33,577 bases of DNA. It comes from Alistipes sp. Lineage in GTDB: Bacteria > Bacteroidota > Bacteroidia > Bacteroidales > Rikenellaceae. Shown one piece after another: positions 17,417 through 26,138 of the stretch. Position numbers and translations under genes: made by a program. The notes beneath the pieces are model-generated. The model was given only the letters and a program-made list of their open reading frames with translations. It did no database searches and was not told the DNA's origin. The first letter of the stretch is position 1, and every line of letters starts with the position of its first letter. The stretch is from assembly GCA_017501025.1 (NCBI GenBank), contig JAFVXS010000246.1, positions 1 through 33,577 on the forward strand, read 5' to 3'.

Positions 17417-17512
17417 TTGCTGCTTTGCAGCAACGGCTTTGCCGATGACGGTTGTTAAGGGTTTTCTGCCCGTCCCTAAACTCGCTAACTTCTCTAAACT
17501 CCCTTCACGGCA
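17417..17512 (+). repeat. Modular clamped tandem-array element, copy B (head + short Z + X)
   Basis: Head hairpin ttgctgc-ttt-gcagcaa then cggctttgccga; gacggttgttaagggtt; X array tccctaaac/tcgctaact/tctctaaac/tccct between tgcccgt and acggca. Confidence 0.7.
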
Positions 17513-17585
17513 CCGCTAACCACCATTCTTGACGCCATTTTTTCATATTTTCCGCCCATCTTTTTGTCATTGCAATTATATTCGC

Positions 17586-17593
17586 TATCTTTG
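17586..17593 (+). promoter_or_regulatory. -7 promoter box (TATCTTTG) of the TonB receptor gene
   Basis: Exact TAnnTTTG match 9 nt before ATG 17603. Confidence 0.6.
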
Positions 17594-17602
17594 CCATAAT
17601 TT

Positions 17603-19951
17603 ATGGCAAGATATATCGATATACGGAACCGTTTGGTCGGAGCAGTCACTCTCGTTTTGCTGCTCTTTGCTGGACAATTTGCAGCCAATGCCGACAACTT
17701 GCCATATACAACGCATCACGCAACATTGCTCGGTGCCGACACCCTTGTATCGATGCAGAGTATCGAAGTGAGTGCCATCAAACAGAACGACTCGGCTTTG
17801 GAGGCGGCATCGACCACCACCCTCAACGCCAAAGAGGTTGAACAGAGGGCAATATATGGCGTAAAAGATGCCCTGTCACACGCCCCCAACCTCTTTATGC
17901 CGAACTACGGCTCACGAATGACCTCGTCGATATATGTGCGTGGTATGGGCACCCGTATCGAGCAGCCTGTCGTGGGTCTGAATATCGATAACCTACCCGT
18001 AGCCGACAAAAATATGTACGATGTGTTGTTGCCCGATATCGAGCGAATCGAAATCATCCGAGGTCCGCAATCGACGCTCTATGGCCGCAATACTATGGGT
18101 GGCGTGATAAATCTCTATACCACCTCGCCACTGCAATATCAGGGTGTCCGCATAGCCGGCGAGTATGGCTCACGCAACGAGTATCGTCTGGCACTGTCGG
18201 CATACAACCGCTTCGGCAACAATGTCGGATTGTCGATTGCCACACAATTCTCGCACAGCGACGGTCACTTCCGCAACACATATAACAACCGATTGTGCGA
18301 CCACGAAAAGAGTGGCGATGTCCGCATAAAATTTCAATATCGTCGCAGTGCTTTGAGTATCGACAACGTAACGTGGCTATCGACCGTAAAGCAGGGAGGT
18401 TATCCATACGCCTATATGGGTTCGCTCTCGGCAACAGAGCCATATCCTGACCTTATCGGCAAGGTGTGCTACAACGACGAGGCTTCGTATCGTCGCATCG
18501 GCATCAACGACTGTCTGACCATTCGATACGATTGGCAAAAGGTCTCGTTAGCATCGACCACAAGCTATCAATATCTGGACGACAAGATGGTGCTTGACCA
18601 AGATTTTCTGCCACTCTCGATATTTACGCTCGAACAGGCAAAACGTCAGCACGACGTTACCGAGGAGTTGATACTCCGTTCCCGCTCATCGTCGCCCTAT
18701 CAATGGCTGTGCGGAGCGATGCTCTTCTACAAAAACCAGCAGATGTCGGCTCCCGTAGAGTTCCTCAAAGAGGGTATCGACCGACTGATTCTCGAAAACG
18801 TAAATAAACATAGCGGCTACGACGGCACCTACCATTGGGGACGAGAGGATGGCTCGCTCGGCGAGACGTTGTGGCTCGGCAGCGACTTTATGACCCACAC
18901 ATTTGGTGCGGCACTCTATCACCAATCGTCGTACCGCCTCAACCGTTGGCTCTTTACGTTGGGTCTGCGTTTCGACTACGAAGGTGTACAGATGCGGTAT
19001 CGTAACCGTGCCGACTACTACTATACCGCCTTCCCGAACGACAGCAGCAAAAATATCAACGAGGTGCATCAAACAATAGACGATAGCGATATCCTTTCGC
19101 AGCGTTTCTTTGAGATACTGCCAAAGCTCTCTGTTGCCGTAGAGTTGGGACAAAAGCACCAACACAAACTCTACCTCTCGGCATCGAAGGGCTACAAGGC
19201 TGGTGGTTTCAATACGCAGATGTTCTCGGAGGTGTTGCAACGACGCATACAGGACCAGATGGGTATGGCTGCCGACCTCGATGTCGAAAATATCATAAAA
19301 TATAAGCCCGAGGAGAGTTGGAATATCGAGTTGGGCGGACATTTTGAGAGTCGCGATGCACAATTTTCATCCGATATTACGTTATTCTGGATAGAGTGTT
19401 TCGACCAACAGCTGACCGTATTCCCCGCAGGTACTACTACGGGACGAATGATGACCAATGCAGGACGCTCACGCAGCGTAGGCGTGGAGGCGGCTTTGAA
19501 GTGGCAACCTCACAAGAACGTAGCCATCGCCGCTTCGTATGGCTTTACCGATGCACGTTTCCGCCGCTTCGTAAGTGGCAAAAACGACTATCAGGGAGAG
19601 TTTGTGCCATACGCACCACAACACACCCTCACTGCTCGTCTGAACTATCGGATACCACTACGTTCCGAGTGGTTGGATTCGGTAGAGTTGGGCATATCGC
19701 TCAACGGAGCAGGTCGCATATATTGGAACGAACGCAACGACTTCTCGCAGCCGTTCTATGCTTTGGTCGATGCCTCGGCACGCCTTAACGGAGCAAATTG
19801 GGCGGTAGAGATATGGGCTCGAAATCTGACAGACGCTCGCTACGACACCTTCTATTTCGAGTCGATGAGTAACAGATTTTTACAATGCGGACGACCTCTG
19901 ACCGTAGGCATCAGAGCCTCGATTGAGTTGTTCGCAAACCGAAGTGAATAA
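17603..19951 (+). CDS. TonB-dependent outer-membrane receptor (non-SusC type)
   Basis: Signal peptide; plug motifs IYVRGMG and IERIEIIRGPQSTLYGRNTMGGVINL; SKGYKAGGFN, YKPEES.NIELG, TNAGRS.S.GVE, WARNL.D.RY. Confidence 0.92.
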   Translation: MARYIDIRNRLVGAVTLVLLLFAGQFAANADNLPYTTHHATLLGADTLVSMQSIEVSAIKQNDSALEAASTTTLNAKEVEQRAIYGVKDALSHAPNLFMPNYGSRMTSSIYVRGMGTRIEQPVVGLNIDNLPVADKNMYDVLLPDIERIEIIRGPQSTLYGRNTMGGVINLYTTSPLQYQGVRIAGEYGSRNEYRLALSAYNRFGNNVGLSIATQFSHSDGHFRNTYNNRLCDHEKSGDVRIKFQYRRSALSIDNVTWLSTVKQGGYPYAYMGSLSATEPYPDLIGKVCYNDEASYRRIGINDCLTIRYDWQKVSLASTTSYQYLDDKMVLDQDFLPLSIFTLEQAKRQHDVTEELILRSRSSSPYQWLCGAMLFYKNQQMSAPVEFLKEGIDRLILENVNKHSGYDGTYHWGREDGSLGETLWLGSDFMTHTFGAALYHQSSYRLNRWLFTLGLRFDYEGVQMRYRNRADYYYTAFPNDSSKNINEVHQTIDDSDILSQRFFEILPKLSVAVELGQKHQHKLYLSASKGYKAGGFNTQMFSEVLQRRIQDQMGMAADLDVENIIKYKPEESWNIELGGHFESRDAQFSSDITLFWIECFDQQLTVFPAGTTTGRMMTNAGRSRSVGVEAALKWQPHKNVAIAASYGFTDARFRRFVSGKNDYQGEFVPYAPQHTLTARLNYRIPLRSEWLDSVELGISLNGAGRIYWNERNDFSQPFYALVDASARLNGANWAVEIWARNLTDARYDTFYFESMSNRFLQCGRPLTVGIRASIELFANRSE

Positions 19952-19986
19952 GTATAGAGTTATTGATAATAAATTTTTGAAAAGCT

Positions 19987-20490
19987 ATGAAAAAGATTCT
20001 TTTGATTGCCGCAGCACTCTTTGCGGCCGTAGGATGTATGAAGGATGATGGTCCTAACCAAAAGTGGGAGCGTACGCTCGATGCTGTCGCCGTTACGGTA
20101 AACACCACAACCGATGTTAAGTTTGAGGACCAAATCGAGGTTAGAATTATTCAGGACGACGTTACAAAGAGTTCGTTGTCGTTCGAGTTGAAGGGTATTC
20201 AGTTTGTTCCGATGATGCCTTCGGTAAACTTTATGTTGTTAAACCTTCCTTTTAAGCTCTACGACCACAAGGGCGACACAACCGACCCTCTCTACAACTC
20301 GTGGGTATTCAACGAGGCACAAGTTGTTCCACAAGTAGGCGGTGTTGAGCGAACAGACTACACTATGCACAACGTAAAGGGTAACTTCTCCGATACGGGT
20401 CTTAAATTGGAGTTTGACGTAAACTTTGCAGGAGCTGTTTACCACGCAACAATCGACACATCGATAGAACTTGAAGAGGAGGAGAAGTAA
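19987..20490 (+). CDS. Small beta-rich lipoprotein (calycin/lipocalin-like), probable receptor partner
   Basis: MKKILL...AAVG-C-MKDD lipoprotein signal with acidic residues after the Cys; IQFVPMMP motif; directly downstream of the TonB receptor. Confidence 0.6.
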   Translation: MKKILLIAAALFAAVGCMKDDGPNQKWERTLDAVAVTVNTTTDVKFEDQIEVRIIQDDVTKSSLSFELKGIQFVPMMPSVNFMLLNLPFKLYDHKGDTTDPLYNSWVFNEAQVVPQVGGVERTDYTMHNVKGNFSDTGLKLEFDVNFAGAVYHATIDTSIELEEEEK

Positions 20491-20491
20491 A

Positions 20492-21346
20492 ATGCGTAGC
20501 GAGTATATCCCATACGTCGATAAGCTGATAGAGTTGGCTATCGAGGAGGATTTGGGCGATGGCGACCACACCTCATTGTGTTGTATCCCTGCGACCGAAC
20601 GCGGACGTATGCGTCTGCTCTGCAAGGAGGAGGGTATTATTGCCGGTATCGAAGTTGCCGAGCGTATTTTGAGTCGTCTCGACAGTTCGGTGCAGATTGA
20701 GAAGATTCTTGCGGATGGCGACCGTGTAAAGCCGGGAGATGTGGCATTCTATGTCGAGGGTCGTTTGCAGTCGTTGTTGCAGGCAGAGCGTATTCTGCTC
20801 AATGTTATGCAGCGAATGAGTGGCGTAGCAACGCAGACCGCAATCTATGCCGACCGCATTGCCGACCTCCACACCAAAGTTCTCGATACCCGCAAAACAA
20901 CTCCAGGTATGCGAGTATTGGACAAGATGGCGGTAAAGATTGGCGGTGGCGAAAATCACCGTATCGGCCTCTTCGATATGATTCTGCTCAAAGATAACCA
21001 CATCGACTTTGCAGGAGGTGTGCGTCAGGCGGTAAGCGGAGCAAAACAATATCTCGCCGAGCGTAACAAAAACATCCCAATCGAGTGCGAGGTGCGTACG
21101 CTCGAAAATATCGACGAGGTCTTTGCTGCGGGCGGTTGCGACCGTATTATGTTCGACAACTTCTCGGTTGAGCAGACACGTTTGGCTGTCGAGAAGGTGG
21201 CGGGTCGTTGCCAAACCGAATCGAGTGGCGGTATCACACTCGACACGCTGCGTGACTATGCCGAAACGGGTGTCGATTTTATCTCTGTTGGTGCTTTGAC
21301 CCACCAAATCAAGTCGCTCGATATGTCGCTTAAAGCGTGCGAGTAA
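20492..21346 (+). CDS. nadC: Nicotinate-nucleotide pyrophosphorylase (carboxylating)
   Basis: EDLGDGDHTS, AERILLN, LDTRKTTPG.R, NHRIGLFDMILLKDNH, ECEV, IMFDN, ESSGGI, ISVGALTH. Start at ATG 20492. Confidence 0.97.
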   Translation: MRSEYIPYVDKLIELAIEEDLGDGDHTSLCCIPATERGRMRLLCKEEGIIAGIEVAERILSRLDSSVQIEKILADGDRVKPGDVAFYVEGRLQSLLQAERILLNVMQRMSGVATQTAIYADRIADLHTKVLDTRKTTPGMRVLDKMAVKIGGGENHRIGLFDMILLKDNHIDFAGGVRQAVSGAKQYLAERNKNIPIECEVRTLENIDEVFAAGGCDRIMFDNFSVEQTRLAVEKVAGRCQTESSGGITLDTLRDYAETGVDFISVGALTHQIKSLDMSLKACE

Positions 21347-21385
21347 CCAAAAACAGAGAGCATATACACTCTTTAATAAATTCGA

Positions 21386-23344
21386 ATGATGAGTCGCCTG
21401 AACGAGTCACAACTACCATATCCGTTGTGGAACATATACCGCATAGTGCTTATCTATGCACTGTTTATGGTGTGTCGTATTGTCTTCACACTCTACAATC
21501 TCTCTGCTTTCGGGGAGTTTGAGGGGAGTGAGATATGGGATTTAGTGGTCGGAGGTCTGCGTTTCGATACGATATCGATAGCCTATGCGTTCAGCTTGTG
21601 GGCATTGATGGCATTTCTACCGCTGAAAATTCGCAGCGAGAGGTGGTATCGCAACGCAATGTTCGGCTGCTATATGGTCGTTGTGGCGATATGTGTGGCT
21701 GTAAATTTTGCCGATGCAATCTACTTTCGCTATGTTCAGAAGCGATTTACTGCCGAAGAGATATTCTTTGCCGACAACTCCAACTCGCTACAACTCATAG
21801 GCAAATTTGCCATCGAAAATCTGCACTTGGTAGCAATCGGCATCGCCCTGATTCTCGTAGTTGGGTGGGCATATCGTCGCAATAAGGTGCCGATGGTACT
21901 ACTTCGCGGTATCTACTACTATATCGGCTCGCTACTGCTGTTGTTGGTGGTAGTTGCCATCGCCATAGGAGGTATTCGTGGCGGCTGGACCCGTATGGCA
22001 CGTCCGACGGCTATCCCATATTCGCTGAAATTTGCCCGTACGGGAGCCAAAGCCAATATAGTATTGAGCAATCCGTTCTGCATTATCCGTACCGCAGGCG
22101 ACAGCAAAGTTGCCGTTCCGCAATACTTCGACGAGGCTGAACTCTCGCAAATCTATCAGCCATACCACTACCCCGCACCGAGCGACGATGGCTCGTCATT
22201 CTATGGGACAGAGCGCCCGAATATCGTTGTGATGGTATTGGAGAGTATGTCGGCAGAGCACTCCGCCCTACTGCGTCCCGATATCTATTCGCGAGAGGGA
22301 GAGCCGAAAGAGGGCTACACACCATTCCTCGACTCGCTTATGCAGCACAGCCTCTGCTTCGAGCGGATGTATGCCAACGGAAAACGCTCGATTCAGGCGC
22401 TGCCCTCGGTGTGGGCATCCATTCCGTCGCTCGATAAGCCGTTTGTGCTGATGAGTGAATCGCTCGGAGAGAGCCGCCCCCTGCCAAAAATAGTTGCAGA
22501 CGAGGGCTACTCAACAACCTTCTTCTGCGGCTCGGAGCGTGGCTCGATGGGTTTCGATGCCTATGCTCTCTCGGCAGGCTTCACGCGATGTGTCAGCAAG
22601 GAGGATTACGAGGCTCGGTATGGAACAGATGACTTCGATGGCTATTGGGGCATCTGGGACCACCGCTTTATAGACTTTATGGGCGAAGAGATTGGTCAAA
22701 TGCAGGAGCCATTCCTCGCCTCGATATTTACCACCACGTCGCACCATCCGTTTGTCACTCCCGACGATTGGAAAGCTATTTTGCCACAGGGCAAGACCCC
22801 TATGCAACCTTGTGCCGCATATCTCGACCGAACACTCCGTAATTGGTTTGAGAAGTATCGCTCGGAGGAGTGGTTTAAGCGTACAATATTTCTATTTGTT
22901 GCCGACCACGTATCGTGCGAACGTTACGACGAACTGACTCAACTATCGCCGGGTGATTTGCACGTCATCGGCTTTATATACAAGGGCGATGGCTCGTTGC
23001 AGGGACGATATACTGCCCCCGCATCGCAAATCGACCTTATGCCGACTCTGCTCGGTCTGATGGGGTATGCCAAGCCATATTTCGCATACGGTCGCGATTT
23101 GAATAGTGAGAGTCGCTTCAAAGAGGTTGTGGTGTGGGATAACGAGCTCTTCAAAGCATTTGATGAGTCATACTCCTACATCTTCAACAACGACAAAATC
23201 GAGGAGGTGCGAACAGCCGACGGCAGCCAAATCGCTACGGAGCAGCCCGACTCGGCAGCACTCGCCCAAACCGAGCAACGCATCAAGGCCTATATTCAGC
23301 AGTACTATCGCCACATAGAGCAGAAGAGCTATGTGGTGAGGTAG
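21386..23344 (+). CDS. LTA synthase family / sulfatase-like membrane phosphotransferase
   Basis: Five N-terminal TM segments with GLRFD; NIVVMVLES, YTPFLDSL, ANGKRSIQA, TTTSHHPF, FVADH, SQIDLMPTLL. Confidence 0.88.
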   Translation: MMSRLNESQLPYPLWNIYRIVLIYALFMVCRIVFTLYNLSAFGEFEGSEIWDLVVGGLRFDTISIAYAFSLWALMAFLPLKIRSERWYRNAMFGCYMVVVAICVAVNFADAIYFRYVQKRFTAEEIFFADNSNSLQLIGKFAIENLHLVAIGIALILVVGWAYRRNKVPMVLLRGIYYYIGSLLLLLVVVAIAIGGIRGGWTRMARPTAIPYSLKFARTGAKANIVLSNPFCIIRTAGDSKVAVPQYFDEAELSQIYQPYHYPAPSDDGSSFYGTERPNIVVMVLESMSAEHSALLRPDIYSREGEPKEGYTPFLDSLMQHSLCFERMYANGKRSIQALPSVWASIPSLDKPFVLMSESLGESRPLPKIVADEGYSTTFFCGSERGSMGFDAYALSAGFTRCVSKEDYEARYGTDDFDGYWGIWDHRFIDFMGEEIGQMQEPFLASIFTTTSHHPFVTPDDWKAILPQGKTPMQPCAAYLDRTLRNWFEKYRSEEWFKRTIFLFVADHVSCERYDELTQLSPGDLHVIGFIYKGDGSLQGRYTAPASQIDLMPTLLGLMGYAKPYFAYGRDLNSESRFKEVVVWDNELFKAFDESYSYIFNNDKIEEVRTADGSQIATEQPDSAALAQTEQRIKAYIQQYYRHIEQKSYVVR

Positions 23345-23355
23345 GTATGTCACTG

Positions 23356-23543
23356 CGAAGGGAGTTTAGGGAGTTTAGAGAGTTTAGGGAATTTAGAGAG
23401 TTCAGAGAGTTCAGAGAGGGCGACCAAAGCCGCCGAGGATAGGGTCAAATAAGGTCAAGTAAGGTCTTTTAAGGTCAGATAAGGTCGGCGGCGGGAAACA
23501 CCGCTAACGCCTCTAACGGCTCTAACGCCCCTAACACCCCTTA
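23356..23543 (-). repeat. Modular clamped tandem-array element, copy C (inverted; Z + Y + X)
   Basis: On +: agggagttt-type 9-mer x6+ (23359-23418); taaggtcnnn 10-mer x5 (23440-23486) between gccgccga and tcggcggc; ctaacgccy-type 9-mer x4 (23504-23539). Confidence 0.88.
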
Positions 23544-23556
23544 TATACATATATAT

Positions 23557-23602
23557 AAAAATAGATTGGGGAGCAACCGAAACTGCTCCCCAATCCTATT
23601 TT
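23557..23602. terminator. Bidirectional intrinsic terminator between the convergent sulfatase and mdh genes
   Basis: 12-bp perfect stem gattggggagca / tgctccccaatc, 8-nt loop, A-run on the left and T-run on the right. Confidence 0.85.
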
Positions 23603-23616
23603 ACAAAAGCCCGATA

Positions 23617-24570
23617 CTACAAAGCACCAATTTCGTACAAAGCACCATTTACGGCACGTACTGCGTCAGCCGATGCAGCGAACTTCGCCTTCTCGTCATC
23701 GGTGAGGTCGATCTTAACAATCTTCTCAACACCCTTCTTACCCAATACAACAGGTACGCCCAAGCAGATATCCTCCTGACCATACTCGCCTTCGAGCAAT
23801 ACCGAGCAAGGAACGATAGCCTTGGTGTCGTTTACGATAGCATCAACAACCGATGCTCCCGCTGCACCCGGTGCATACCAAGCCGAAGTACCCAACATCT
23901 TTGTAAGGGTAGCACCACCAACCATAGTGTCGGCAGCAACCTGCTCCAACTTCTTCTTCGAGATGAGCTTTGTTACAGGCACACCCTTAATCGAAGCCTT
24001 CGATACGAGAGGAATCATAGTAGTATCGCCGTGACCGCCGATAACCATACCATCGATATCCTGAATACCGGCACCCGAAGCCTTCGAGAGGTAGCAACGG
24101 AAACGCGACGAATCCAATGCACCACCCATACCGATAATGCGACGCTTTGCAACACCCGAAGCCTTCAATGCAAGGTAGGTCATTGTATCCATAGGGTTCG
24201 AGATGATAACGAAGATAGCCTTTGGCGACCACTTGATAGCGTTCTCAACAACACCCTTAACAATCTTTGCGTTGATACCGATCAGCTCCTCACGAGTCAT
24301 ACCCGGCTTACGAGGAATACCCGAAGTGATAACGATAACATCCGAGTTTGCGGTTGCCTTGTAACCCTCTGCATCGAGAGCAGTTACACCTACCAACTTG
24401 GTCTTGTAACCGATGGTAGCCGATGCCTGGAACATATCCAACATCTTACCCTCGGAGAGACCCTCTTTGATATCTACCAAAACAACTTCGCTCGCAATAC
24501 CGCGGCAAGCCAATACATTAGCACAGGTTGCACCAACCATACCTGCACCTACAACTGTAACTTTTGACAT
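23617..24570 (-). CDS. mdh: Malate dehydrogenase
   Basis: VTVVGAGMVG, TSGIPRKPGMTREEL (MDH Arg), ISNPMD, LDSSRF, IGGHGD, GTSAWYAPG. Confidence 0.96.
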   Translation of the reverse strand: MSKVTVVGAGMVGATCANVLACRGIASEVVLVDIKEGLSEGKMLDMFQASATIGYKTKLVGVTALDAEGYKATANSDVIVITSGIPRKPGMTREELIGINAKIVKGVVENAIKWSPKAIFVIISNPMDTMTYLALKASGVAKRRIIGMGGALDSSRFRCYLSKASGAGIQDIDGMVIGGHGDTTMIPLVSKASIKGVPVTKLISKKKLEQVAADTMVGGATLTKMLGTSAWYAPGAAGASVVDAIVNDTKAIVPCSVLLEGEYGQEDICLGVPVVLGKKGVEKIVKIDLTDDEKAKFAASADAVRAVNGALYEIGAL

Positions 24571-24611
24571 AACTTTTTGATATTTTAGAATTGTTTGAAA
24601 ATTTCAATCCG

Positions 24612-24995
24612 CTATTTTGCAATGAAAGCAGCATAGTCCTCTGCCGACATCAGAGCCTCAACCTCCGACGCATCCGACATACGCACCTTAATCATCCAAC
24701 CCTCGCCGTATGGGTCACTATTGACCAATGCAGGGTCGGCATCGATTGCAGCATTAACCTCCTCAACCGTGCCCGATACAGGAGTAAAAGCATCCGATAC
24801 GGTCTTGACAGCCTCGATTGTTCCGAAAACATCGCCGGCAGCCAAAGTCTCGCCCTCGGTAGGGATGTCCACAAATACGATATCGCCCAACTCGCTCTGG
24901 GCAAAATCTGTAATGCCGATATAGGCATACTCGCCCTCCACACGACACCACTCGTGGTCGTTGGAGTACTTCAAATTCGATGGTAAATTAGCCAT
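24612..24995 (-). CDS. gcvH: Glycine cleavage system H (lipoyl carrier) protein
   Basis: YSNDHEW, IGITDFAQSELGDIVFV, IEAVKTVSD (lipoyl Lys), NSDPYGEGW. Confidence 0.97.
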   Translation of the reverse strand: MANLPSNLKYSNDHEWCRVEGEYAYIGITDFAQSELGDIVFVDIPTEGETLAAGDVFGTIEAVKTVSDAFTPVSGTVEEVNAAIDADPALVNSDPYGEGWMIKVRMSDASEVEALMSAEDYAAFIAK

Positions 24996-25045
24996 AACTT
25001 ATATATGTTTTTGCGTTGTTTGCTCGCAGATGTACTAAATTCGTG

Positions 25046-25053
25046 CAAATATA
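25046..25053 (-). promoter_or_regulatory. -7 promoter box (TATATTTG) for gcvH-mdh
   Basis: caaatata on +, ~50 nt upstream of the gcvH ATG, in an AT-rich spacer. Confidence 0.55.
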
Positions 25054-25121
25054 ATAATTTTTTTGCGATATTGTTATTTTCATAACAATTTTACATTACA
25101 TTCGCCCGTTTTCTCCGTTTT

Positions 25122-25853
25122 TTACGATTTTTGCCCGCCAATTACGAACTCTATCTCTTTGAAAAGGAACGACTCTCGCCCATAGGCATCGCTCTCGATG
25201 ATAAGTTCTCCGTGCGGCATAACCTCACAGAGCCGACCCTCGAACGGTGTTCCGTCGGCACGTCGATACGGAGCCTTTATGCCTCGTCGATAGAGTCGCG
25301 AATTGTACTCCTCGCAAAGGGTTGCCGCATCGTCCGCTTTCAGAGCATCGTAACGCCGTGTAAAAGCTCGCTGGAAGCAGCATAAAACCTCCTCCAAATC
25401 GAGTCTTCGTCCCAACTCCAACGCCATAGAGGTCGGGTTGGGCAGAGCATCCGAAAAACTTTGCTGATTGACATTTATTCCGATGCCGACAATCGTGCGT
25501 TGCAGTATTGCCGAAATCGACTGATGTTCGATAAGAATACCCACGATTTTGTTGTCGCCGACGTAGATATCGTTGGTCCATTTTACGGAGGTTTCGAGAC
25601 CGTACTCCGCGAAGATATCACAGAGCGATAATGCTATGGTTTGCAACAACTTAAACTGCTCCGTAGTGGGCAAAAATGTAGGCGTCAGCACCATCGAAAA
25701 TGTGAGATTTTCGCCCGCAACACTCTCCCACGAATGACCCCGCTGACCACGCCCCGCAGTCTGTCGTCGGGCAACGATGATATCGCCCTCCGAATAGCGA
25801 AAATCGCGGGCCTCATCGTTGGTTGATTGAAGTGTATCGAAGTGGTAAATCAT
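25122..25853 (-). CDS. birA: Biotin-protein ligase (no N-terminal HTH)
   Basis: STNDEA, QTAGRGQRG..W, VKWTNDI, KIVGILIE, GIGINVNQ. Start at ATG 25853 (MIYHFDT). Confidence 0.93.
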   Translation of the reverse strand: MIYHFDTLQSTNDEARDFRYSEGDIIVARRQTAGRGQRGHSWESVAGENLTFSMVLTPTFLPTTEQFKLLQTIALSLCDIFAEYGLETSVKWTNDIYVGDNKIVGILIEHQSISAILQRTIVGIGINVNQQSFSDALPNPTSMALELGRRLDLEEVLCCFQRAFTRRYDALKADDAATLCEEYNSRLYRRGIKAPYRRADGTPFEGRLCEVMPHGELIIESDAYGRESFLFKEIEFVIGGQKS

Positions 25854-25869
25854 ACTTTTTTTTATTTTT

Positions 25870-26121
25870 TGCGGCAACAGCTTCGCCGAAAAGGGTGATT
25901 AAAGGTGATTAAAGGCTGTTAATGGCGTTTTCGGCAGCCGCCCTTACTCGACCTTATCTGACCTTACCCGACTTTACTTGACCTTATTCTCGGCTGCCGC
26001 CGTGGTCGCTCTCCCTAAACTCCCTAAACTCCTTAAATTCCCTAATCTCCCTATTGCGGCGCCGCCTTTGGTCGCCCGTCCTAGTAGTCCTAGCTGTCCT
26101 ATTTGTCCTATTGCGGCGACC
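25870..26121 (+). repeat. Modular clamped tandem-array element, copy D (head + Z + Y + X + W)
   Basis: tgcggcaacagcttcgccga; aaaggtgatt-type 10-mer x3; gaccttannn 10-mer x5; ctccctaaa 9-mer x5; gtcctannn 9-mer x4; GC-rich inverted linkers. Confidence 0.9.
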
Positions 26122-26138
26122 CGTGGGCAAAGCCCACT

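Noticed and set aside
17325-17602. Riboswitch (TPP or cobalamin) upstream of the TonB receptor
   Set aside because: No conserved aptamer motifs seen. The region holds a weak post-stop hairpin and modular repeat copy B, and the promoter box lies just before the ATG.
19959-19977. Fur-box-like gttattgataataaatttt between the receptor and lipoprotein genes
   Set aside because: Only about 13/19 to the consensus, in an AT-rich intra-operon translation-initiation region and not at a promoter.
23542-23557. (TA)n run next to the terminator
   Set aside because: Short, interrupted, intergenic low-complexity tract with no promoter or ORF to phase-vary.
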